Origin: Octopus vulgaris
Taxonomy: Eukaryota
Assembly (NCBI GenBank): GCA_951406725.2
Contig: OX597821.1
Location: 89,590,001 to 89,654,000 of the forward strand
Reading direction: 5' to 3'
DNA: 64,000 bases
Part shown: one piece after another, positions 52,081 to 64,000 of the stretch
How the letters are laid out: each line of letters starts with the position of its first letter
Numbering within the stretch: position 1 is the first letter of the stretch
The notes under the pieces: generated by a model
The model's input: only the letters and a program-made list of their open reading frames with translations
Told to the model about the DNA's origin: nothing
Databases searched by the model: none
Position numbers and translations under genes: made by a program

Positions 52081-52423
52081 TCACTCGTTTTAATAGCTGT
52101 TTATTTTACAATATCATCCTTATCACATTGCTATAAATATATAACTATATATCATATTTAATACATATACAATACAGGTTATATATAAGACATATACAAT
52201 ACATGTATAACATCTACATTATTGTAAATAACTTTATGACAACACTGCCATACAATATACACTATACTATTGTTAGATACAATATGTCATTGACAGTATA
52301 TGATATAAATTCACCATTGCACTGCCATACATAATATACCATCAGTACACCGTCATATATACCAGTAATGCCCCTGACCCACTTCCCATAGCAGTAGAGC
52401 AACGGAACTTAGCACAGTTATTA

Positions 52424-52829
52424 GTTTTTTTCTACCTAGGAACCACTCAGATTTACGCATTTCTCCCATCGTTTGATACAGCTCCGGAGACCGTTTTTGT
52501 AGAAGACCTCAGCTTGTTCCTCCCACCACGACGTGACTTCAGAAATCAAGGCTGCATCATCTGGGAAACGCTTTCCTTTCAAAAACAACTTCATGGCTGG
52601 GAAGAGGTGAAGATCAGAGGGTGCAAGGGGAGGAGTTCATAGCTGCATGCCTGTGCTTCTGATCTGGCGACACGCGAGTTGTGGACTGGAACGTTGTCCT
52701 GCAGGAGGAGGATGCCTTTGCTGATCTTGCCCCGCCTCTTGATTTTGATAGCCTCTCTTAATTTCTTCAAAAGTGAAGCATAATAGGCCCCTGTAATTGT
52801 GGTACCCTTTGCCAGGAAATCGTAGCATA
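52424..52829 (-). pseudogene. Mariner (DD34D) transposase fragment
   Basis: DFLAKGTTITGAYYASLL...LLLQDNVPVH...APSDLHLFPAMK...RWEKCVNL; PYSPDL region deleted with a frameshift. Confidence 0.92.
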
Positions 52830-53107
52830 CCATTTCATTTACACTGCATTATATTATGCACCATCAAGTGCTGCTATATGATATGACATAATATCATGAT
52901 AAAACCGCCACATAAAATATACCTCTAACTATACTGCTTTAAATATACAATAGTATGTCTATTACAGTATTGTATATGCTATAACATCAACTGAACTGTT
53001 ATAGATAAGATTATGTTTCAATGGCTCTACCACATCAAAATCAACCATCACTACACTGTTTATATATATTGCAAAGCATCATTTTCGGAATTACCATCAA
53101 ATCAATC

Positions 53108-53524
53108 CTTTTATTCTTTTATTCTTTTAGTTGTTTCACTCATTTGGCTGTGGCCATGCTGGAGCACCACCTTTAAGTCGAACTAATCAACCCCAGAGCT
53201 TATTTTTTGTAAGTCTAGTTCTTATTCTATCAGTCTTGTTTGCCGAACTGCTAAGTTACAGGGTTGTAAACACACCAACATTGGTTGTTAAGCGATGGTT
53301 GCAATATAAACACAGACATAAATGCATACATACATACATATGTACATATGTACATACATACATGCATACATACATAAATATATAATGCATATACGACTGG
53401 CTTCTTTTAGTTTCTATCTACCAAATCCACTCACAAGGCCTTAGTCAGCAATAGTAGAAGACACTTGACCATGTGACATGCAGTGGGACTGAACCCAGAA
53501 CCATGTGGTTGAGAAGCAGGCTTC
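53108..53524 (-). mobile_element. SINE family B lacking its A-box
   Basis: Matches consensus from AAGCCTGCTTCTCAACCACATGG onward. Confidence 0.8.
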
Positions 53525-54109
53525 TTTCTTTCATTACATTTGCCATAAAGGCATAATACAGATGGAAGCTTGTGAGCTGGACACAGACACGATGATGATG
53601 ATGGAATGAAAAAAGAGATGGTTGGTGGGGGAAGAAGTCAACACCCGCCGACTGTTACTTCCTGATAACATTGTTCTTTTTTAAGAACACAAATGAGGTG
53701 TTGAACCTCTTACAACAATTACAAATTGAGGCACTGAGCCTCTTACCAATCAAAAAAAAGTCCAGCAAAGTATATTCAACTTGAGGCGCTAAGCCTCTTA
53801 CCGATCTCCATGTTTGAATCGAGGCATCAAGACCTCTTACTCTACCTCCTCAATTAAATCTCTTGCTGCCTGCAGGCAAGCCTGGGCCCCATAAGAGACA
53901 ATTATATTCATCCTTGGTAAAGGTATCTATCACTCTGTAGAAATAATTTTCTGCCATGACCTCCGCAGCCACCTGTGGAGACCAATCTGAGCCTTCAATG
54001 TAAGTCAGGACTGCCTGTTCCCGATCTTCCAGATTCCTCACAAAGTTCTCTATAGCCCCTATCAAACCAAGGTCACCTGGGTGAAAGCCAGGAACCCTAA
54101 ACACTGCTA
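53525..54109 (-). mobile_element. Chimeric retroposon: tRNA-Glu piece, unknown ORF, four hairpin repeats, Tx1-like tail
   Basis: Tail CCATCTGTATTATGCCTTTATGGCAAATGTAATGAAAGAAA resembles the LINE end at 59468-59515. Confidence 0.55.
54061..54109 (-). pseudogene. tRNA-Glu(TTC) fragment (D-arm end to T-loop)
   Basis: TTAGGGTTCCTGG-CTTTCAC-CCAGGTGACCTTGGTTTGAT: 5-bp anticodon stem, 7-nt loop with TTC; acceptor stem absent. Confidence 0.75.
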
Positions 54110-54144
54110 TGTATACATTTAATATGATAGGTATATTATATATA

Positions 54145-54542
54145 CTAGCAGTATCACCCGGCGTTGCTCGGGTTTGTAAGGGAAATAACTATATAAGCAT
54201 TTTTAGAGAGTTATAGTCAAAAAATAGCAAAAAAATGAATTAAAAATGGAAAAAAAATTATGGTAATTTTTTTTTTAAATCGTTGACTCATCGTAGACAT
54301 TTTTAGAGAGTTGCTTCCCTTATATAATAGCGAAAAAATGCATTAAAATGGAAAAAAATGATGGTAAATTATTTTTAAAATCGTAGACTCATCGTAGATG
54401 CATGCTAATACCCAGAAGGGCTCGATATGAATCACGACTATAAGATACCCGGTTTTGGTTACACTGCACCGCAAAATGTGGGAGTAGTTAGGAATCTAAA
54501 TCATAGGAGACAGACACACAACTTCACTTTTATATATAAAGA
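54145..54542 (-). mobile_element. Non-autonomous Helitron, subtype 2
   Basis: TC start, hairpin, CTAG end; matches 29956-30350. Confidence 0.85.
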
Positions 54543-56117
54543 TAACACTACTAATACATTCAAACACCATTACTACACTAGAATATATATTATACATATA
54601 ACTACCTTTTTGCCATAATAGTTCTTACACATTGAATTTGAAATTTATTCCAAAATAATTGTTAGATTTTTAAATAAAAGAAAAATAAAATTCCAATTTA
54701 ATGAAAATTAAATTGTTTATTTATTCAGTGTTTGGAACCATTAATTTTGTGAAGCATTTAAATAATTTAATTTACATTAAAGGTTAAATAAGAAGCATGT
54801 TCTTTTTTTTTCTTTTTTTCTCGCAATTCAAGTATTGTTAGTGTTACATTTAATGATATTTGGTAGCTGATTTTTCACTTGGAAGTTTTCCTTTATACAT
54901 ATTCCTAATTTGCTATAAATTATTTCCACTTGACAGCATGATGTACTTCATACATGTTTACAAAGTTAAGAAAAAACATGACTTAACATTATCATTAGTA
55001 TTTTTTTAATTGAGGGTATTTCTAACAGTTTCAATCAATTCGTTTCTATTTCACGTCAATGTTTGATGCCGTAAAGACTAAAGAGAGTTTAAAATTTTAA
55101 GGGACTGACAATTTAACTATAGATTCCATCATAATATATGCTGCAATTAAATTTAGACCTGCATTCATCACATGACATTTAACATGGCCTGCTGGCTTTT
55201 CAAATAGGCTATACTTTTCAATTTACAGTTGACATACCTTTTTAATCACCATTTCTATTTTTAAATTCTCACTTCTAATTACTTAACTTTCGCTACAGGG
55301 GTTCTTTTTGGCTGAATTTTTAAATAAATTTTGGCTGGTTTTATATATGCAAATGGCTATATTTCAGTTTTATGGTTCAATTATTGCTTTTACTAAATCT
55401 CAGCTTCGCACTGCTGTTATCATCATGAAGAAATCTTGTTGTAAATTGCAGGGTTTCTAGTTCATCAATTTCAATGTGATACTAGCCAGAAGGTGTTGTG
55501 CAATAAAATCATTTTATACTCATATGCACATGTGCATGTGGGCATATGCGCACCCACGCACACCTGCCCACACTCTCACCTGCCCACACTCTCACACACA
55601 TGCGTGCACACACACATACAAACATATGTATACACACATGTGCACACGCACATCTACATGCACACACACATACACACATGCATACACACTTGCACACACA
55701 CACACATGCACCCACATATACACACACATCCAAAAACACGTGCACATGCACACACATATACACACATGGACAGGCCATCAGAAGGTACATAATGGTTTGC
55801 TTTGGACTCAGCCTCATCCCACATGTGCACGCTTGTGTGTGTCAGTTTTACATAGAGAATAGGCAAACTAATTAATTCATCAAACAAAATACCTTGAAGT
55901 ACTTGTTATAGTTTCTTACACTCTGTGTTCAAATCCCATTCTCTCCTGTACTTCCAACCTCACTAAAATACCAATCAAATTACAAGAATAAATCCCTTTC
56001 TCTCCTCAGCTGTTATATCTCTCATGCACTACTGGATCAATTGTTTAAGGCACAGAAGCGTATCCGTGTTTGCTCATTACAATGGGAAAACCCAAAACAG
56101 GTGCAACAGCATATTGA

Positions 56118-56446
56118 GACCCCCTTCGGTCATGACTGACCATGGGATTGCACCTAGAAAGCTACTCTCCCAGGCACAAGTCCGGGCAAGGTTGTTTATG
56201 GAAGGCCAGCAGTCGCCCATGCATACTGGCCTCCCCTCTCCATGCCACCAGTGTAATCCAAGGGAGACAGCAGACACAGCTTGGCACCTGTGACATCGCA
56301 ACTCATTTCTACAGCTGAGTGAACTGGAGCAATGTGAAATAAAGTGTCTTGCTCAAGAACACAACACGCAGCCTGGTCCAGGATTCAAACTCACAACCTC
56401 ACAATCATAAGCTTGATGCTCTAACCACTGAGCCATGTGCCTTCAC
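56118..56446 (-). mobile_element. tRNA-derived CORE-like SINE (family H)
   Basis: Head GTGAAGGCACATGGCTCAGTGG...GTTTGAATCC, then TTCTTGAGCAAGACACTT; CAGCATA on both flanks. Confidence 0.85.
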
Positions 56447-56791
56447 ATCAGCATAGTACATGCTGTTATCATTCTAGGGGTGGTTTTTATATTAATTATC
56501 TGCCTTGCTATGCTTGTCTACAAAATTCCATTCACAATATATTGGTCCCAAAGTTCCAGTTTAAATTGGAACAAAATTGGCGAGAAAATACTGAAAATAC
56601 TCCATAGCTTTTGCTCTTCTATGCAAATTCTTAATGATCATTGTTACTGTTTAATTTGCCATACAAGAAATAGCAGCCAAATCTTCCTCAGTTTATGCCC
56701 TAGTAGCTTAGAAAAGAAAGTATTTGTGAGCTAATATAGTCTTAGATGCACTGTTCATTTAATAAACATTTGAAGCTCGGACAGAAAGTAA

Positions 56792-57578
56792 CCCTTTAGA
56801 ATTAAAACCAGCCATATCCACTCAAATATTCTACCAGTTTTATGTTCTTTCTGGTTAGATCTCATCTATCAAACCTTCCCTATAATGTTACAATGCCTTT
56901 CTAAAAACAAACAATCACATCAAATTCTCAAAGCTTCAAGATAATGCATGTTTACTGATGTTGGTTAAATGAATGCAATTGAGGCGAGAACCCTGATAAT
57001 GTTCTGTCTTCTGGTTAATGTAAGTCTGGATGAATATCAATAAGAAAATTCAAATGCAAGTTAAAATTGACTGCCCTGCAACATTTATTTCTGATGGTAA
57101 CATGAATACATCAACTGACGCAGCAATTAGAAGGCTGTTAAAAACATTACATGGTTTCAAAATATTTCTCAAAGTTGAAGATAAATGTTAGAAGAAGCAC
57201 AAAACATAGCATTAAAGATTCTGGTTACAAATCCCTTCATGTTGAAGCTGCAAAGTGGAATACACTGCTCTCATTGTTGAAGATCCAACTCTCTCATAGC
57301 CAACTCACCTCCCTAAGGAATTAGGGGGAAAATCATCTCTTAAATAGCTGATGTAAAGTAGCTTGACTAATCTCTCATGTTAAGGGGTGGACAGTTCATA
57401 TAAAGCTAAACAGACTTACCATCACACGATAAACTAAAATACATACCTGAAGGTAAAAAGGCACAATCAGGAAAGCAAAAAGTAAAGAGTGATCATACTT
57501 CTGCTACACATGAATAATTCAAAACAATATGAATAAATAAGCATTACATTTGACAGAAAAAAACTGAATGCTAAAAGT
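56792..57578 (+). mobile_element. piggyBac-type MITE with an unidentified 560-bp insert
   Basis: Both ends align with the MITE at 14188-14942; insert 56951-57508 has CATG at both junctions. Confidence 0.65.
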
Positions 57579-58025
57579 TTAAACAGCAAAAATAGGTAAG
57601 TATACTATATACAATATACACAATACGCATGCTACATGTTGGAAGAAACCTCTCTATAATCACTTCAGTAATTAGAAATATCAACAGAATCTCTGCTGTT
57701 TTAAATACAGATCACATAGGGTAATGCACTCTGGGACATATTATGTATAAGGAGAAAAAAATGATCATCGTAAAATGTCTTTCATCATAGGTCTGTTCAA
57801 ACAAGGCTGACTTGGGGGCAAAGCAATGATTGTTGTGAATATTTTAAATCTTTTTAAAATGGAAGTACTCACTAAAAGTGCAAGCATTCCAAATATAGAA
57901 AGAACCAGATTAATCTTAGTGTTAAAATGTTGAACTAAAAATGTTATGACTAAAAAAGAAATTTTGCCTTAGTGTGTGTATAATATTCACTCAGATACAC
58001 ATGTGTGTATGTATGTGTGCATGCG

Positions 58026-58077
<52 letters not shown>

Positions 58078-58124
58078 GTATATAGAGAGAGAGACGTATA
58101 TATGTATGTATATATGTAGTTATC

Positions 58125-58335
58125 ATCATTATCATCATCATCATCATTTAGCGTCCGCTTTCCATGCTAACATGGGTTGGATGGTTCAACTGGGGTCTGG
58201 GAAGCCAGAAGGCTGAACCAGGCCCAGTCTGATCTAGCAATGTTTCTACAGCTGGATGTCCTTCCTAACGCCAACCACTCCATGAGTGTAGTGGGTGCTT
58301 TTTACGTGCCACCGGCACGGGGGCCAGGCGAGGCT
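58125..58335 (-). mobile_element. Family C RTE 3' end
   Basis: Matches family C. Confidence 0.85.
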
Positions 58336-58815
58336 GTATATATATATATAAATATAGAAAGAGAAAGAGAGATAGACATATATATATATATGCATACATA
58401 TATACATATATATGTATTCATATATGTGTGTGTGTGTATGTGTGTGTGTGTACATAAACTTGTATTTACTGAAAACCTTTAGCTTTAAACTAAATCCTTG
58501 TTTTGTGTTTATGTCTGTAATTGTGTGTGTTTTTATTCTAATTTTTATACAGAAAAATATATACACACATGCCAAAAATTCTTCTTACATTATACACGTG
58601 CTCATAGATATACATGCACACCCTGAGAAATATGCAACCATTCGATTATATATCTTAGCTTTGATGTATACAAGCATGTATATACATATGCATGCATGTA
58701 TGTACATACATATGTATGCATACATATATATGTTTATGTCTGTCTACACGCACACACATATATATATGCATATAAATATATTCATATTTACATACACTAT
58801 ATACATATATATATA

Positions 58816-58896
<81 letters not shown>

Positions 58897-59467
58897 ATAT
58901 ATATATATATATATTTATATATTTATATATTTATATATATACACATATATATATATACATACATACATACATACATGCACAAACACTTATATACATGTGT
59001 GTGTGTGTATGAAGGCATATACATATTCATATAACTCTTTGAACAGATACATACCAAATTTTATTTTTAATGATTTTATAGAACAACATATTGGACTTTA
59101 CTTATTTATATTTATTTTTCCTGTTCAATAATTTCTAATCATAGAATTATTTTCTTAGCCTTAAGGAATAGTTGGAAAAAAGAAAGGAAAAAGAGAAAGA
59201 AAGAAAGAAAGGTAATGGTAACATCTAACAGCAGCTTTTAGCTAAGTAGTAATTCTTCATAATTTGCAAAAGGCATGCTGCTTCTAAGACTTGTTATTAT
59301 TATAATGTCCATGAAGACAGAAAGAATTCACACATATGGGCACTGACATACACACACACACGCACGCACACACACATATACAAAGAGAGAGGAGGGAGAG
59401 AAAGGGAGAGAGAAAGAGCGAGAGAGTGACAGACTGACAGACATACAGATAGCTAGGTAGATAGATA

Positions 59468-61277
59468 ACTTTCTTTTATTAGCCACACAGGGCTGAATAC
59501 AGAGGGGACAAATACAAATGCAGAGCTTTTCTTTTCGAGGGTGGAAAAAAATAAAAAATGTAAGATTGCGATCAAAAGGGATCGAGAGGAGGAAAAAAAA
59601 AAGGAAAAAAAGGAAAATCGTGTATCACAGAAATAATGGTATAAACATTGATATAACAAGATTGGGTTCATCCGTGGGAAGAAAAGCCTACAGAAAAGAC
59701 TACGGGAACCCCAGTCAGGGAGGAAATAAACACATGAGGTCAAAAATGCTCTCTTTCTTTCTTTTTTACGATCTACAGGATCATGCTCAAAATGGTTTCG
59801 TTACTAGCACGCACCATCTTTGCAACATTCACCCATCTTTTTTTAATCTTTCGCGAGACAAAACTTCCCTCTCCATTCTCACCTTCCTTTTCAAGTGGTA
59901 CTTGAAAAAGTTGATGAGCGATTGGCCAGAGAGGTAAGTGTTTGTCTCTAATCCTTTCGCTCGAGTCCACCTGAAATTATCTATGACGTCCCCCTTGTTT
60001 GGGTCTTTCTTGATCAGTGCCACTGCTCCTCGCTTTACAAAAGCAGGAATACTCCCGTTCTGCTGCCAGTTGCAGTAGACAGCTGCCAAGACGCCTCCAA
60101 ACAAGTCTGGCATATGAAAATAAAATTCGTAGGGCAGACCATCCAAGCCTGGTGACTTGTCTCTCGCGCAGCCTACCATCGCATCCTGTACATCCGCAGC
60201 TGTGATAGGCTTTTCACAAGACTCCACCTCCCTTGCTGAGAGTCGTGGCAAGGCATGCAGGTAGGCACTAAAGTCCACTCTGCTTTCTGTCTCACCACTT
60301 GTCCCAAACAGTTGGGTGAAGTGTTGTTGAAAAACCCCACACATCCTTTTAGGCTCGAGCAATTCGCGCCCCTGTTCATCTATAAGAGACTTGATGGTGG
60401 CTCTGTTGCCTCGTTGCGTCTCCACCACTCGGGCCTCTTGGGCGGCTCCAACTCCTTCGTTCCTCAGAGCACGCATCCTAGCTCTGACAACGCATCCCTC
60501 GTGTTTGGCGTTGAGGTGTTGGTCGAGGGCCAATCTCGCCGCCAGTACGTTGGACGCGATGCCAGTTCTAAGTGCCTCTTCTAAAACCTTAACTAATTCT
60601 CCCTCTATTCTATTTCGGTCTAATGCTAGGGCTCTACTGTATCTGACTGATTTTGCTTTAATCGCTTTTTTTAGGGCATACCACCATCTGTTGTTGATGA
60701 TGGTACCCGTCAAAGCTCTCTTAACTAATGTGCTGATCCGGTCCCTGTAAACCTGTCATGCTGTAAAAGACGCGTTCAGTTTCCAGTAACCAGGACCCTG
60801 CCTATGTGTCTTATCTAAGTCAAGTGTACAAGTCACAAACTTGTGATCTGTGTAACTGACTATATGAAATTGTGGACAACCTACACTATTTTTATCTATT
60901 GTCCTACAGAATACTCTATCTAAGTATGATCTGGACGACCCGATGCGGTTACTCCATGTCCACATTGGCACATTCGGGTGGTCCAGTCGGTACCTGTCAG
61001 ACAGTTGGAAACGTCTGAGCAGGTCTTTGAGGCATTTGCATCCTCTTCTATTGCTATCTCTGCCCACGTAGTCTAGATGCGTGTCCAGGGTGGCATTCCA
61101 ATCCCCCACTAAAAGTAAAGGACGAGACGTTCCCATGAAAGACTCTAGACGTCGAAAGAAATCTGGTCGGCCTGTTAAGGACGGAGCATAAACTGCTATC
61201 AGTCGAAAAGCACACTCATTGCTGCCATCGACATCCAAAACGACCAGCCTACCCTCCGGGTCTAGGAAATTTGCTCT
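59468..61277 (-). mobile_element. Tx1/L1-clade LINE ORF2: APE plus linker, RT deleted, 3' UTR intact
   Basis: DPEGRLVV..AVYAP..VGDWN..WTW..SYLDR..TDH..GYWKLN; KSPGLDGLPYEFY; DNFR fused directly to the C-terminal region; one in-frame stop at 60756. Confidence 0.92.
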
Positions 61278-61334
61278 TAGATAGAAAGATAGATAAATAG
61301 ATAGATGGATACATAGATAGATAGATAGATAGAT

Positions 61335-61411
<77 letters not shown>

Positions 61412-61461
61412 TTAGACAATCAGACAGACAGACAGAGAGATAGATAGACAGACAGATAGAC

Positions 61462-61510
<49 letters not shown>

Positions 61511-61625
61511 CATAGATAGAAAGATAGACAATCAGACAGACAGTTAGACAGATAGATAGATAGACAGATAGATAGATAGATAGATATATATGTATATATA
61601 TATATATATGTAGATATATGTGTAG

Positions 61626-61656
<31 letters not shown>

Positions 61657-61666
61657 TATGTAGATA

Positions 61667-61719
<53 letters not shown>

Positions 61720-61839
61720 TTGTGTGTCTGTGTTTGTCCCCTTAGATAGATAGATAAATAAATAGATAGACAGATAGATAGATAGAAAGATAGATAGATA
61801 GATAGACAATCAGACAGACAGACAGACAGACAGCCAGAC

Positions 61840-61883
<44 letters not shown>
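61278..61883. repeat. (GATA/GACA)n and (TA)n tract with an embedded family B fragment
   Basis: Directly visible; TGTGTGTCTGTGTTTGTCCCC at about 61720-61741. Confidence 0.9.
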
Positions 61884-62298
61884 GGGGAAAGAATGAGGGA
61901 GAGAGAGGAAGATCACACAATACTAATAAATGAACAAGACTTATATACCATGTAAAAAAAAAATGCTAATAACCACCCTCTGCAAATAAAAAAAAATTAT
62001 ATAAAAAGTATTTAAAATAAATTCCTGAGATTTTAATGTTTAAAACCATATTTTAGAAAATTATTTCATCATCATCATCACCAGCTTAATTTTGCTATAC
62101 TTTTGTCCCATATAACATTCACTGTGTCAGCAGTTATTTCTTCTTTGTTTTTTTTCTTTTTTTCTTTTTTTCAGTTTCTTCACATTGTGATGATGTTGGT
62201 TTTTCCATTTTGTTTATATTCTAGAAATATTTTAGTGCATCTTTGTATCATTTTTATAGTTGTCCTTTGTTGATTCTTTGAATTAGTAAAAATACAAA

Positions 62299-62384
62299 GG
62301 GCAAGTGTCTTCTGCTATAGCCCTGGGTCGACCAATGCCTTGTGAGTGGATTTGGTAGACGGAACCTGACAGAAGCCTGTCGTA

Positions 62385-62439
<55 letters not shown>

Positions 62440-62662
62440 TTGTGTGTCTGTGTTTGTCCCCCTAGTATTGCTTGACAACCGATGCTGGTGTGTTTACGTC
62501 CCCGTCACTTAGCGGTTCGGCAAAAGAGCCCGATAGAATAAGTACTGGGCTTACAAAGAATAAGTTCCGGGGTCGAGTTGCTCGACTAAAGGCGGTGCTC
62601 TAGCATGGCCAGAGTCAAATGACTGAAACAAGTAAAAGAGTAAAGAGTAAAGAGAAAGAGTA
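62299..62662 (+). mobile_element. SINE family B, 5'-truncated
   Basis: Matches consensus. Confidence 0.9.
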
Positions 62663-62663
62663 A

Positions 62664-63545
62664 AAATTGATGTTAATGAATTAAAACCAGTGTCTTAACA
62701 TATTTAAAAAAATCCGAAGATTAAAAATTGTGATACATACAAAATTAAGAGGAATGACCACTAAAGTGGACATCCTATTTGCTAAACATAGACGTCAAAT
62801 TGCCTTTAGCATGAAGAGCGTGTTCTCAAGAAAAAAATCTCCGTAAAACGCCAAAATGTTAAAAATGAGCAAGACAAATGAAAACATACGAAATAAAAAC
62901 GATTACCTATGTACCATTGGTTTTACTTGTTAATATCCACGTATATAACCACGCAGATATCTGCAAAATTATTAGCATGGTCTGTTGCTTACAAAACACA
63001 ATTTTCAGAACAAGATACAGAATGCACAACCGAAATCGAGTATGTATAAAGTTCTACAAATTATATTTGGGTATATTTTTTCAAATGCCTTCATATTGGG
63101 ACACCGAGGCCAGAAATTACTCTGCAGTTAATAAATTTCAGAAGCTAATTTACCAGTTAGAGAAATTGTTTTGTAAGTGACAGATTATGAAGGTTTTTTT
63201 CTTGAGAACACATTCATCATCATCATCATCATCATCGTTTAGCGTCCGTTTTCCATGCTAGCATGGGTTGGACGGTTCTACTGGGGTCTGTGAAGCCAGA
63301 AGGCTTCATCAGGCCCAGTCAAATCTGGCAGTGTTTCTACGGCTGGATGCCCTTCCTAACGCCAACCACTCCGTGAGTGTAGATTCTTCATGCTAATGGC
63401 GATTTGACATCTTTGTTTAGCATATAGGATGTCCACTTTAGTAGTCCTCCCCCTTAATTTTGTATGTATCACAATTATTAATCTTTGGATTTTTTAAAAA
63501 TATGCTAAGCCACTGGTTTTAATTGATTAACATCAATTTCTACCC
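62664..63545. mobile_element. Fold-back element with about 180-bp inverted arms; right arm split by family C (63214-63383)
   Basis: 62664-62845 is the reverse complement of 63185-63213 plus 63384-63540. Confidence 0.85.
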
Positions 63546-63872
63546 TTAATATTTAATTTATATGTATATATAAGGATAAGGTTAAAATTTAAATAATTTA
63601 TTATTAGTGGCTCGCATGCTTAATAAAAGTTACAAGACATAAAATGTTTTATATAAGAGTGTATAAAGATTTATATAGGGAGAGAAGACCTTGACTTACA
63701 TGTTAACAAGTTGGTTTGGGTTTAACTGCACCTTTTAGGATGTAAAGACTCCAGTCAAGGGTCTTCTCTCCATGTAAGTATGTGTGTATGTATGTATGTA
63801 TGTATCTGTGCTTCTGTCTGTTTGTCTTTCTTTTTCTCTGTCTCTCTGTCTCTCTCTGTCTCTGTGCCTGTC

Positions 63873-63944
<72 letters not shown>

Positions 63945-63947
<3 letters not shown>

Positions 63948-64000
63948 TCATCATCATCATCATCATCATTTAGCATCCGTTTTCCATGCTAGCATGGGTT
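63945..64000 (-). mobile_element. Family C RTE 3' end, runs off the window
   Basis: (CAT)n TTAGCATCCGTTTTCCATGCTAGCATGGGTT. Confidence 0.8.

Noticed and set aside
53694-53840. CRISPR-like repeat-spacer pattern
   Set aside because: Only four degenerate 20-nt repeats, unequal spacers, no cas genes, eukaryotic context; kept as a hairpin array
61278-61916. N-terminal extension of the 386-aa ORF
   Set aside because: (TATC)n translation; LINE sequence starts at about 61277

Overview
AT-rich eukaryotic non-coding DNA, very probably from an octopus (inferred from the SINE families and the very high microsatellite density; not database-checked). No host protein-coding exon, rRNA, intact tRNA, CRISPR array or prokaryotic operon is supportable, and nearly all long ORFs in the track are translations of microsatellites. 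The window is nested mobile DNA: several tRNA-derived SINE families; RTE, CR1/L2, R4/Dong-like (RLE) and Tx1/L1 LINE relics; Penelope-like elements (PLEs); non-autonomous Helitrons; and mariner, hAT and piggyBac-type MITEs. Main points: (1) about ten minimal type-I hammerhead-ribozyme motifs from several PLE-type families, some in inverted-repeat or TIR-bounded cassettes; (2) a PLE bounded by inverted, ribozyme-bearing pLTRs (18.7-20.8 kb); (3) an RT-deleted Tx1-like LINE in (GATA)n whose 3' end matches the tail of a multimerising SINE; (4) a tRNA-Glu fragment fused to an unknown ORF, four spaced hairpins and a Tx1-like tail; (5) a 2-kb satellite made of STAT- and kappaB-like motifs sitting inside a PLE ORF. 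Coordinates were read by eye and may be off by a few bases.
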